Source: an uncultured Acidimicrobiales bacterium
GTDB taxonomy: Bacteria > Actinomycetota > Acidimicrobiia > Acidimicrobiales > UBA10347
Direction of reading: 5' to 3'
DNA: 64,000 bases
NCBI GenBank assembly: GCA_943788915.1
Contig: CALSSD010000012.1
Span: 1 to 64,000 of the forward strand
Part shown: in pieces, positions 22,002 through 31,430 of the stretch
How the letters are laid out: each line of letters starts with the position of its first letter
Numbering within the stretch: position 1 is the first letter of the stretch
Position numbers and translations under genes: made by a program
The notes under the pieces: model-generated
The model's database searches: none
What the model was told of the DNA's origin: nothing
What the model saw: the letters and a program-made list of their open reading frames with translations, nothing else

Positions 22002-22079
22002 TCAACAATTCGACACAACTGAGCGAATACCTTTGCAGTGGTTACCGCATCTGGACTCAGTTAGCGCTATCGCTGCGAT

Positions 22080-23352
22080 TGGAGCTAACCCGTTCTCGTT
22101 GACAGGTTTGGGTTACGCGGCTTGAGCCACGACTTGGTGATCTAGTTCGTAGTTGATGGGTGATTGCATTTGCAAGGCGCTGTGTCGGCGTCGGTGGTTG
22201 TACCAGTCGAGGTAGCGCATGATTTCGTAGCGGGCGTCGGTGTGTCCGCGGAATCGGTTCTGATAGAGCAGCTCGGTTTCGAGGCTGGCGAAGAATGATT
22301 CGGCCATTGCGTTGTCGTAACAATCCCCGACTGATCCCATCGACAAATCGATGCCGACCTGACGGCATCGACGGCCGAAATCGATCGAGGTGTATTGGGT
22401 GCCCTGGTCCGAATGATGGATCAGACCAGGCGCTGGTTTGCGTTGTTCAACAGCCATGTCGATCGCGTCGACGATCAGGCTGGTGCGCATGTGGTTCGCG
22501 TAGGACCAACCAACAATGCGACGTGAGAACACGTCGAGCACGGTGGCAAGATAGCCGAAGCCAGCCAGCGTTGGCACGTATGTGATGTCCGCGACCCAAA
22601 GCTCGTTCGGGGCGGCAGCGGTGAAGTCACGTTTCACCCGATCAGGTGCTGGCGCAGCCGATGAATCTCGTTTGGTTGTCCACACCTTCTTTCGGCGGTG
22701 ACAGCCCACAAGCCCGGCGTCACGCATCAAACGGGCGACGCGCTTGCGGCCACAACGAATGTTGTAGTCATCGGCAAGCTCCGCGTGAATCCTCGGCGCT
22801 CCATAAGTTGACCTGGACTCGGTGTGGATGCGTTTGATGACAGCGGTGTACGCCGCGTCGACGATGCGACGCTGGCAAGGCGGGCGTTTGCGCCAGGCGT
22901 AATAGCCCTGACGCGTGACGCCCAGCCGTTCGCACATGAACTTGATTGAGAAGTCGGCCTTCTCCGCGTGAATGAACTCGAACACCGCTACCGGGTCGGG
23001 TTGTTCTTCGCCGCAAAGAAGGCCGCTGCTTTTTCCAGCAGGTCCTTTTCCATCTTCAAAATCCGGTTCTCCGCACGCAGGCGTTTCAACTCGGCTTTCT
23101 CATCGGTGCTGAGACCATCACGATCTCCGTTATCGATCTCGGCCTGGGCGACCCACGACGCAATCGACTGACCTGTCGGCTCGAACTCCTTAGCCAGCGA
23201 GGCAGGCGTTCGGCCCTCCTCGCGGACCAGACGAACCAGCTCCGCTTTGTACTCAGCCGGATAGGCCGCACGTGTTCTCGGCATCTTGACTCCTCGCTAG
23301 ATCCATTCAAGGACCTCAGCGCTCAGGTGTCAACGAAACCGGGGTTGCTCCA
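22080..23352 (-). mobile_element. IS3-family element; orfA 22988..23284, orfB 22113..22985
   Basis: 25-bp imperfect IRs TGGAGCTAACCCGTTCTCGTTGACA / TGGAGCAACCCCGGTTTCGTTGACA; WVADITYV, HSDQGTQY, DNAMAESFF. Confidence 0.95.
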
Positions 23353-23485
23353 GTTGTAACGGTGGGCTAAGAACGGCCTCAGGGAAGCCAATCGAAGCGT
23401 TGTTACAAGAGAAACCCGTGTACGAGAGAGAGCGCGAGACAAACGGCACGTTGGCGTCGCATCAACTTGCTAGCGTGGGGGCTTC

Positions 23486-23562
23486 GGGGCCGTAGCTCAG
23501 TTGGTTAGAGCGCGCGACTCATAATCGCTCGGTCGTGGGTTCGAGACCCACCGGCCCCACCA
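23486..23562 (+). tRNA. tRNA with CAT anticodon, probably tRNA-Ile2 (lysidine-modified)
   Basis: GGGGCCG/CGGCCCC acceptor, A discriminator, encoded CCA; anticodon loop CT-CAT-AA. Paired G1-C72 and no GGG/CCC anticodon stem exclude initiator. Ile2 versus elongator Met is inferred from the GGG start. Confidence 0.9.
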
Positions 23563-23666
23563 TTATCTCGTGATCACTCTCGTGGCCGGATCGCCTACGC
23601 GGTTTCTCGCTGGCATCAGCTAGAGCAGTCTTTGATCAGGCACGTTTGTGATGCAGATACAGCTAG

Positions 23667-24949
23667 CAGGGTGCGGAAAAGCGTCCCGGTGGGGGGCTTG
23701 GCGGTTGGTTGGTGTTTGGTGATGGCGTTTGGCGGCGTGACTGGGTGCTGGTCTGGGCTCGGGTGGGTGCGGTAGCGCCATCTCGGTCTGGGGTTCAGAC
23801 CACTGCGGCGTCGAGGTTGCAGATCCTGATCAGGTTGTAGGCGGCGGCTTCCATTTTGAACAACGCCCGGTTGCGTTGTTCTCCGATGTAGCGGAGTTTG
23901 CGGGCAGCGCCGACGGTTTTGATCCATCCGAAGGGTTCCTCGACCCGTTTGCGGATCCGCTGGGACACCGTGTATCCGTCGTGTCGGGTGGTGCGGCCAT
24001 CAATCGCGGATCGGCGGTTACTGGTGTTCTGGGCGACGTGCGGGGTGAACCCGAGCTTGCGGACATCGGCAACGAAGTCTTTGGTGTCATAACTCTTGTC
24101 TGCTGCGATCGTGCGTCGCTGCTTGGTCGCGGGTAGCTGTCCCAACATGTTGGTTGCGCACGCACGTTCGGCGAACCCGGTCGCTTGGGTCAGGTCGGCG
24201 TCGACGATTAGCCCGTTGCGGTTCTCGATCAACAGATGCCCCATGTAGGACAGCTCGGCGGCGGCGTTGTTGGACTTGCGGAACAACATCGCCTCAGGAT
24301 CGGTCGTGGACCTATGGGTCTTGTTCGATCGTTTCTGGCCTTTGAAATCGACTTCGGCGTTTCGGCCCTTGAACCCGTTCCCATCGCCCTGGTCGTCGTT
24401 GCTGGGGTTGGTGGGTTTGAAGCTCTTGTTCGACGCCCACGCCTGCAACAGGGTCCCGTCAACACTGAAATGCTCCGAGGACATGTAGCGACGCAACTTC
24501 GCCTGGTGCACCACCGCAGCGAAGAACTGGTCGGCGATCTGGTGATCCAACAGCCGTTGGCGGTTCTTGGTGAACGTCGTTGGATCGAACGCTTTCCCGT
24601 CGATCGGGATGTCGAGGAACCATTTGAACAACATGTCGTAGTTCAGCCGTTCGCAGAACGCCCGCTCCGAACGCATCGAGTACATCGCCATCAACACCGT
24701 CGACTTCAACAGGGTTTCGGGCGGCACCGACCGGCGACCCGCCGACGCATACATCGCGTCGAACTCGCCGTCCATGCCCGCCAGCACCTCGTCCACCACC
24801 ACCCGGATACGCCGGATCGGATGATCCGGCGGGATCAAATCCTCGGTCGACAACGACGACAACATCGACAACTGACGATCAGGAGTTCCACGCATCACCC
24901 CAGCATGACGAAAACCGAACCAGATCGCGAGCCCTTTTTCAGTACCCTG
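23667..24949 (-). mobile_element. IS5-family element, copy 1 (transposase 23795..24898)
   Basis: 1283 bp; CAGGGT..GAAAA IRs; CTAG target duplication at 23663-66 and 24950-53; SVDGT, ADKSYD, RKRVEEPFG motifs. Confidence 0.95.
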
Positions 24950-25796
24950 CTAGGCCTGTTGCTGTTGCGGTGGCAAGGGGATGCGCCAGGCTCTGCGGCG
25001 CGAAACGGTTCGCCAGTCGCTCGACGCCCTTGGCGCCGAGAATGCCGATACCGGCAACTGAAAGTCCCGCAACGATGTCGAGCATCCAATGGTTTGCCGT
25101 GAGCACCACTGCAGCCATCATGAGGAGCGGGAAGGTAACAGCAACGATCCGAAGCAACCGGAAATGGCTCGCTCTCCACACCGTTACAGCGACCAACACA
25201 TTCCACCCGACATGGAAACTCGGGACCGCTGCGAACTGGTTGGTGACTTTCGGGTTCTGCAGTATCCGATAGCTGCCGCTGAGTTCACCCAAGCTATCGA
25301 AGAAGACATTTGGGTCGAATAAGCGCGGCGGAGCTACCGGATATAACGCGAAACAGACAAGCCCGATAGCGCCACTGATCACGAGGGCGTTACGCAGGGT
25401 GATGAAGTTGCGGCGGCTTAGTCCGAACAGAAGAACGAGTGATCCGACAATGACCGGGAAGTGACCGTAGATGTAGACCCAGTTCATAGCGGTGATGAGC
25501 CAGTCGGATTCGAGAACCTGTTGTTGCAGGGTCGATTCCCAGTCCAGGCCGAGTGACTTCTGAAGGTCAACGATCGATGCTGCGTTTTCGAATGCTTCGC
25601 GTTCTTGTCCAGCACTCAGGTCGCGCACATAGAAGTACAACAGGGCCGGAGGCAACAAGAGCACGATCTGCCATCCAAACCCAGACCACCCGCGCACACC
25701 AATTTTCAGCGAGTAACCAACAAGAGCGGCCCGAAGTGCCGAGTATTGCGGTATCGGTTCAGGAGTTTGCACGTGAGGTGCAGATGTGCACGCCAT
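24939..25796 (-). CDS. PAP2/Aur1-like membrane phosphoesterase; last about 15 codons displaced by IS copy 1 (original stop 23616)
   Basis: YPVAPPR, AAVPSFH, TANHWMLD motifs; frame rejoins across CTAG to give ...GLAVSASQTCLIKDCSS*. Confidence 0.85.
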   Translation of the reverse strand: MACTSAPHVQTPEPIPQYSALRAALVGYSLKIGVRGWSGFGWQIVLLLPPALLYFYVRDLSAGQEREAFENAASIVDLQKSLGLDWESTLQQQVLESDWLITAMNWVYIYGHFPVIVGSLVLLFGLSRRNFITLRNALVISGAIGLVCFALYPVAPPRLFDPNVFFDSLGELSGSYRILQNPKVTNQFAAVPSFHVGWNVLVAVTVWRASHFRLLRIVAVTFPLLMMAAVVLTANHWMLDIVAGLSVAGIGILGAKGVERLANRFAPQSLAHPLATATATGLAGY

Positions 25797-25875
25797 AGAA
25801 GCAAACTAGTCCAAAGATGAACGGTCGCGCCATCATGATTTTGAGGGACCGTTCCCGTTGGGTCGACCGGGCTCG

Positions 25876-26439
25876 CTAAATCTCGCCCAACCAGGCTGGC
25901 GCCCGGTCAATGAGGAACTCTGAAACCGCAGAAAGTCGCCGAAAAAGGTCACTGAGATCCTCTTGGCCCATAAACAATCTGGCGAGTGATGTGGAGCTGC
26001 GCGAGATGATAGTCACGCTTCGTTGTGCGGCATCGATCACGCCGAGGTACGCATCAGCTGCTGATATTTCGAGTGACAGGTCGGGGCCGCCGACTCCGGC
26101 AAGTTCTGTCGCAAGCACTAAAAGGTCGGGGCTTGCCTGGAGCGGAGGCATCGACCACGTGATAGTGAGCGGCAAGAGGTGATCATCGGGAGGTTCATCG
26201 CCCTCGGGCATCGACATGATGACGTCTTCGAACGACAACATGGTTCGAGGTTCAACCTCGAGCGAGAGATGCATGTCAAGAGGCCCGCCACATGCGTGCG
26301 CAGGGTGAAGGTCAACTTCCCACGCCTGACGCATGCTGTAGGTCTCCACGAAATGACGTTCGTCATGTACGTGGAACCCATGGTCGGCCGCCAGATCCTT
26401 GAGATCTGCGACGAACGTTGCTATGTCGACAACTGCCAC
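25876..26439 (-). CDS. Hypothetical protein (187 aa)
   Basis: GTG start with AGGA RBS at 26439; globular composition; fills the gap divergent from the IMPase gene. Confidence 0.75.
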   Translation of the reverse strand: MAVVDIATFVADLKDLAADHGFHVHDERHFVETYSMRQAWEVDLHPAHACGGPLDMHLSLEVEPRTMLSFEDVIMSMPEGDEPPDDHLLPLTITWSMPPLQASPDLLVLATELAGVGGPDLSLEISAADAYLGVIDAAQRSVTIISRSSTSLARLFMGQEDLSDLFRRLSAVSEFLIDRAPAWLGEI

Positions 26440-26496
26440 GCTGGCTTCCTGGTTAGGTGCTACACCGAAACTAGCAAACACGATACGGTCTCCGCA

Positions 26497-27240
26497 GTGG
26501 AAGCACTGCGGATTATCGAGTTGTTTCGTGAGGTGGCGTCGGCCATTCATGGCCGAATCCATCAGGATGAAGACTGGGGCCTGTCTGGAAACCGGGACGG
26601 TCAGTACACCTTCGACGTTTCTGCCGACGCAATAGCGCTTGGCCTGTTGACCAGCGCTGGTCTCGGTGTACTCAGTGAAGAGTCCGGCGTGACACATCCC
26701 GATCGTGAAATTCTGGTCGTTATGGACCCGATCGACGGGTCGACCAACGCATCCGCCGGCCTGCCCTGGTACGGAACAAGCCTATGTGCCCTCGATGAGG
26801 TCGGGCCACTTGCCTCACTCGTCGTCAACCAGGCAACAGGCACGTCATGGCACGCCATCCGTGGCCAAGGTGCCTATCGAGATGGGCAACGTATTACGCC
26901 ATCGGGCGTTGAAAAACTTGGTGACGCGTTCTTGACGGTGTCCGGCCTGCCAGAGCGGCACTTCGGGTGGCGACAGTTTCGTTGTTATGGAGCCGCAGCG
27001 CTCGATATCTGCAGCGTGGCCGACGGCACTTTCGATGCATACGCTGACCTGTCAATCGACGCACACGGCTCGTGGGATTATGCGGGTGCGCTACTTGTTT
27101 GCGAAGAGGCCGGCGGGGTCATTGTTGATGTCAACGGTCGGGATCTGATCGCCCGCAGTCATCTTGATCGGCGTACCCCGGTCGCCGCGGCAACACCGGC
27201 GTTGTTGGCCGAATTGGTGAAGGCCATAAAGCAGCCCTGA
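26497..27240 (+). CDS. Inositol monophosphatase/FBPase family protein
   Basis: LSEES, DPIDGSTN, WDYAG motifs; start moved to GTG 26497. Confidence 0.9.
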   Translation: MEALRIIELFREVASAIHGRIHQDEDWGLSGNRDGQYTFDVSADAIALGLLTSAGLGVLSEESGVTHPDREILVVMDPIDGSTNASAGLPWYGTSLCALDEVGPLASLVVNQATGTSWHAIRGQGAYRDGQRITPSGVEKLGDAFLTVSGLPERHFGWRQFRCYGAAALDICSVADGTFDAYADLSIDAHGSWDYAGALLVCEEAGGVIVDVNGRDLIARSHLDRRTPVAAATPALLAELVKAIKQP

Positions 27241-27306
27241 AAACAGTCCTTCGATGGTCTCGAGGCACTAGAGTGTCAGGCGTCACTTCGAGGGAGAAAA
27301 TTCATC

Positions 27307-27906
27307 ATGCGTAAATTACTTTCCGCCATGGTTGCCATGGTGTTGGTCAGCTTAAGTTTGGCTGGAACCGCACAAGCACAAGACGCTGTCATCGGGACGG
27401 TCACGTCTGATCCGGCTACCGTTCCAGCACCCGGCGAATACACCATGACTGCTACCGGGGCTGACTTCATTCCTGACACATCGGTTCTTCTGGTGGCGTG
27501 TGTGTCTCCGGCCGACACGCTCGTGCCTGGTTCGTCCGATCTGGCGGAGATCACCGCTGCAGCAGGTGAAATTAGTGCACTTGTTGACTGTGATATCGCA
27601 AACGCTCAGAACGTTGAAGTAGATAGCGGCGGTTCGTGGAGCGCCTCGCTGACCGCAACAGTTGGCGACAACTTCTTCTTGAGCGCAGGCGCTCTCGACG
27701 GCTCACAAGCTGGCGCAACCTGGGTCGCTATCGTTCCTGCAGCACCAGCAACGACCGATGCCGATGACGCTGACGCAGAAGAGGAAGAAGAAGATGCCGA
27801 GCTCGCTGAGACTGGTGTCGAAACCGGCCTGTTGGCCGTGATCGGCACCGCTGTGCTTGGTGCAGGCGTGCTGGTCACTCGTGAGGGTCGCCGCTTCCGC
27901 CAGTAG
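27307..27906 (+). CDS. Sortase-anchored surface protein (LAETG), beta-rich domain with a Cys pair
   Basis: Signal peptide ending AQA; acidic linker; LAETG + hydrophobic helix + RRFRQ tail; GGGAG RBS. Confidence 0.85.
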   Translation: MRKLLSAMVAMVLVSLSLAGTAQAQDAVIGTVTSDPATVPAPGEYTMTATGADFIPDTSVLLVACVSPADTLVPGSSDLAEITAAAGEISALVDCDIANAQNVEVDSGGSWSASLTATVGDNFFLSAGALDGSQAGATWVAIVPAAPATTDADDADAEEEEEDAELAETGVETGLLAVIGTAVLGAGVLVTREGRRFRQ

Positions 27907-27932
27907 CACCATCCAACCAAGTACTGATTGAT

Positions 27933-27967
27933 CGAAAGGCCCGCCTCGTTACGAGGTGGGCCTTTCG
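27933..27967 (+). terminator. Intrinsic terminator hairpin
   Basis: CGAAAGGCCCGCCTCG-TTA-CGAGGTGGGCCTTTCG followed by CCGTTTT. Confidence 0.8.
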
Positions 27968-28123
27968 CCGTTTTCGGGGGTCGAACCATTGCGTCGTACT
28001 TGATCTATGGGCACAACTACAAGGACCGAGCACAAGGATCACCGGTACGGACCAAGGCCGGAGAAATGGCCAGGATGTTTGCGCATCAAGCCGGTGCGGT
28101 CATCGAACGCACCGCCGTGTGTG

Positions 28124-28486
28124 TCAGCCTCGAATCGACACTGCAAGCAGTGCTGCAGCTAACAAGCCGTAGTATTCGTTTCGGTACCCGCCCCGAAGAA
28201 TCTCGGCAACAGAGGCCATCTCCGACCCGCCGTGCTCATCCTGGGTAGCGATTGAATGGTACGACTCGACCAGACCCCCCAGTCGCAAGTCGGCGCTGAA
28301 GAACAGTGGCATGGTGGGCAGGACCCAGAGTGCATGCGCCGCAGCATCGTTCCACATCAGGAACAGACTGGCGCCGACAACAACGGCAAGAGCTCCGATC
28401 CGCATACGAAGTATGGCGTTATTCTTCTGGGCGGCGAGAGAACGAGCTCGTTGCGCGGCTTCGGGGCCGATTTCGAGCGGGTCCAC
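28124..28486 (-). CDS. Small membrane protein
   Basis: Three hydrophobic segments; start overlaps the stop of the M20 peptidase gene. Confidence 0.65.
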   Translation of the reverse strand: MDPLEIGPEAAQRARSLAAQKNNAILRMRIGALAVVVGASLFLMWNDAAAHALWVLPTMPLFFSADLRLGGLVESYHSIATQDEHGGSEMASVAEILRGGYRNEYYGLLAAALLAVSIRG

Positions 28487-29832
28487 TAGGTGAGCATTTG
28501 CACGGCGGTCTCGACAAAGAGTTCGGTCGTGAGGCCGATCGACTCGACATCGATGCGTTCGTCGTTGCCGTGGAACCGGTCGGCGAAAACCTCGGCTCGC
28601 ATGCCTGCGGAGAACAACGCGGCGCCATAGGCCACTGATCCAGCAGCTCGGTAGAAGCGAGCGTCGGTGCCGCCGGTGATGAGCGACGGCTGGATCTCGG
28701 CACCAGGATGGGCCGACTTCATGATGCCGCTCAGTACATCCCAGAGAGGTGTGTCGGTGGGTGACGCGGTGGCCATATCGAGGTGAATCGGCTCGATCTC
28801 GACTTCGTTGTAGAGCGCTTCGCCAAGAGCGGTGCGCAGGTGCTGCTGAATGTCTTCGGGCGTTTCGCCAGGGAGTGTACGAATGTCGACCTCGACGATG
28901 ACCTCGTCGGGCACGGTGTTGGTCTTGGTGCCGCCGTGCACGACATTGGGGCTAAAGGTGGTGTGAGAACAGGCGTGCAGCGTGCGGGCATGCATCTGAT
29001 CGTCGAGACCTGCGAGAGCGTCGTCGAGGCGGTCAGGATCGAGCATGGCATCTTTGGTGTCAGCGTCGAAATGCAGGTTCTTGACGAGCTCCCGCCAGAG
29101 ATTGTGAATGTTGGGGGTCGGCCGATATTCGGCCAGGCGACGCACGACCTCGGCAGCCTTGATAAGAGCGTTGTCCGCGCCCCATGGCATTGAACCATGG
29201 CTTGGTGTGCCCTTGAGCTTGAGTCGTTGCCAGGCGACACCTTTCTCGGCGACATTCAGCGTGAGTGCGGTGCCGGTTGGGGTCTCGCTGGGCACGCCGC
29301 CCCACTCGGTGATCACATAGTCAGCCTTGACAGCGTCGAGGTTGTTGTCGAGCATCCACCGCGCGCCCCAGTTGCCTCCTGCTTCTTCGTCGGCCACACC
29401 AAAGAAGATCAGATCACCTTTGGGTCGAAATCCAGAGGCCGCCAGGTGTTTAAAGGCAACAGCCATGCCAGCGGTCTGGCCCAACATATCGATGGCGCCT
29501 CGGCCCCAGACCTCACCATCAATGAGCTCACCTGCAAACGGATCACGACTCCAGCCAGACGGTGTCACCGGCACAACGTCGGTGTGTCCCATCAGGCACA
29601 ACGACGGGGCGTTGGGATCGCTGCCTTCGATCCGAGACACGATTGACCGTCGACCTGGCGCCGAGTCATAGTGTTGGCAATCGAGACCTGTGCCCTCGAG
29701 ATAGGTCTCCAGTAGATCGCTGTTGCGGATCTCGTCGCCGGACTCGAGCGTGCCATCGTTAACACACTCGTTGCGGATCATTGTCTGTAAGAGTTCGGTA
29801 GCGGCAGCGGTGCGGGTGGGATCGGTGTGCAT
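28486..29832 (-). CDS. M20/M25/M40 metallopeptidase/deacylase
   Basis: GHTDVVP, WGRGAIDM, ADEEAG, HGS, GGTDAR, FHGNDERI. Confidence 0.93.
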   Translation of the reverse strand: MHTDPTRTAAATELLQTMIRNECVNDGTLESGDEIRNSDLLETYLEGTGLDCQHYDSAPGRRSIVSRIEGSDPNAPSLCLMGHTDVVPVTPSGWSRDPFAGELIDGEVWGRGAIDMLGQTAGMAVAFKHLAASGFRPKGDLIFFGVADEEAGGNWGARWMLDNNLDAVKADYVITEWGGVPSETPTGTALTLNVAEKGVAWQRLKLKGTPSHGSMPWGADNALIKAAEVVRRLAEYRPTPNIHNLWRELVKNLHFDADTKDAMLDPDRLDDALAGLDDQMHARTLHACSHTTFSPNVVHGGTKTNTVPDEVIVEVDIRTLPGETPEDIQQHLRTALGEALYNEVEIEPIHLDMATASPTDTPLWDVLSGIMKSAHPGAEIQPSLITGGTDARFYRAAGSVAYGAALFSAGMRAEVFADRFHGNDERIDVESIGLTTELFVETAVQMLT

Positions 29833-30028
29833 GCGCTCCAGTCTCGCGCAGACGAGAGCTGGGGGAGTGGTCCCGAGTCGCGAGTGGTGGGCGGGTCGAC
29901 GATCACCTGCGGCGACGGATCCGGGGTCGTCATTGAAGGTGTCAAGGGCACAGACCCGTGGTCACTCATTCGGTAGGGGAAGTGAGTGACCTAGGACACA
30001 CTTGCACCGACGGCGTAAGGTCGTGCCT

Positions 30029-30454
30029 ATGCAACTCACACTCGAAGATCGGCTTGATCTATGCGAGATCCCGGGCCGGTATGGCGATTCGATCGACGAC
30101 CGCAATTGGGACCAACTTCGAACCATCTTCACCGAGGACGCTGTCTTTGATCTGACCGGCGTCGGTGCTCGGCGTTTGGTTGGTATCGACGAAATCATTC
30201 TGTTCATGGAGGAGGAGGCTGCGCATCCTCGGACCCACATGATGACGAACGTTTACACGAACCCGAGCGAAGAAGGAGCCGAACTGCGCTTTCGCATCGT
30301 CGCACTGTTAGGTCAGGGGAAAACGGGCACTGCGTCGTACTACGACCAAGTCGTCAAGACGGCCGATGGCTGGCGGGTGAAATATCGTGAAACGACTTTG
30401 CGGCGGCGAGATAAACGCGATGCCAAGGTCGATATCGAAGGTATCGCCCTGTAG
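30029..30454 (+). CDS. SnoaL/NTF2-like protein
   Basis: Y...ID.RNW..L..IFTEDA, Y.D..VKT.DGWR pattern; ATG 30029. Confidence 0.85.
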   Translation: MQLTLEDRLDLCEIPGRYGDSIDDRNWDQLRTIFTEDAVFDLTGVGARRLVGIDEIILFMEEEAAHPRTHMMTNVYTNPSEEGAELRFRIVALLGQGKTGTASYYDQVVKTADGWRVKYRETTLRRRDKRDAKVDIEGIAL

Positions 30455-30462
30455 TTCGTGCG

Positions 30463-30924
30463 TTAACGAGCTGGTGTTTTGGGGTTCGTTGTTTTCTGGC
30501 CAAGGACGGACCGCTCAAGGTCGCGCATGGCTTGTCGTTCGCGAAGGCCGAGCCCAATAAAGATGCCGGGTATGGCTACCAGTGCCAGCAGGGCTCCCGA
30601 TGAGAGCATGACTAGTGCGGGGGCGGGGCAGGTGCCAGCAACGGCCCATCCAATGCCGAAGAGTGCGCCGCCCTTGAGGTGATGGGGCTCTGGTTTGGCT
30701 CGTGACAGAGCGAGCGTGCCGCCGAGAGGTGTCTCGGTGCCTCGGCGTTCGAGCCACCACAGGAGCGGAGCGGAAATAGCCACGGCTGATCCCATAAATA
30801 GGAAGACGTATGGGTCTTCGAACGAGAGCGTCGAGTGGATGGTGTCGTATTCATGGAGGCGGGCGCCGGCGAGGATGCCGCCAAAGGCGATGCCACTGAT
30901 GAGGCCAAGAACGTTCAGTTTCAC
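30463..30924 (-). CDS. YeeE/YedE-type sulfur transporter subunit (second half)
   Basis: GGALFGIGWAVAGTCP motif; GTG start overlaps the upstream stop (GTGA). Confidence 0.85.
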   Translation of the reverse strand: MKLNVLGLISGIAFGGILAGARLHEYDTIHSTLSFEDPYVFLFMGSAVAISAPLLWWLERRGTETPLGGTLALSRAKPEPHHLKGGALFGIGWAVAGTCPAPALVMLSSGALLALVAIPGIFIGLGLRERQAMRDLERSVLGQKTTNPKTPAR

Positions 30925-31400
30925 AGCGCACCGCCGGTGACGAGGCCCAACACGAACGTGGTCACAATGGCCGTTGTCATGAAGGTCGCAGTGACGGCCA
31001 GCGAGGCTGGTGAACGTTGGGCAGTGCCACACAAACCATGCCCGGACGTGCAGCCGCCGGCGAGGCCGGCGCCATAACCAAGTAGCACCGAGCCAGTAAA
31101 CACCAGTGGTATGACGAACCACAGAGGAAACGCGTCGCGCAACGCGTCGTAACCGCTGCGGACCGGGCTGTCGTCTCGTAGCACCTGGGTGACCAGAAGC
31201 CCGCCGAGGAACATGCCAACGAAGTACCAGACCCGCCAGGTGGCGATCCCGCTGCGCCGGCGGAGCCAGCCCGCAGTTTGTACATACGCGCCACTTGCTC
31301 CAAGTGGCTGGTTCGCCAACCCAAACAGGGCCACCACAAGTAGCCCGAGGGCCGGTCCGGCGACGAACCATGGCAGCTGGTTCGGAAGGAGGTCAAACAT
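30921..31400 (-). CDS. YeeE/YedE-type sulfur transporter subunit (first half)
   Basis: LGASG; G.G..LAGGCTSGHG motif. Confidence 0.9.
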   Translation of the reverse strand: MFDLLPNQLPWFVAGPALGLLVVALFGLANQPLGASGAYVQTAGWLRRRSGIATWRVWYFVGMFLGGLLVTQVLRDDSPVRSGYDALRDAFPLWFVIPLVFTGSVLLGYGAGLAGGCTSGHGLCGTAQRSPASLAVTATFMTTAIVTTFVLGLVTGGAL

Positions 31401-31430
31401 AAAAGTGCCTAACTTTCAGTAGGTTGCAAA

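Noticed and set aside
23353..23485. attR copy of the tRNA-Asn 3' end
   Set aside because: Looked for by eye and not found.
23486..23562. Initiator tRNA-fMet
   Set aside because: G1-C72 is paired and the anticodon stem lacks three consecutive G-C pairs.
28007..28162. 51-aa Cys-rich small ORF
   Set aside because: No RBS, and its Cys-rich end overlaps the antisense of the 28124 gene.
30924..31371. N-terminal half of the 302-aa ORF 30463..31371
   Set aside because: It is an alternative frame over the first YeeE gene; the real start is GTG 30924.
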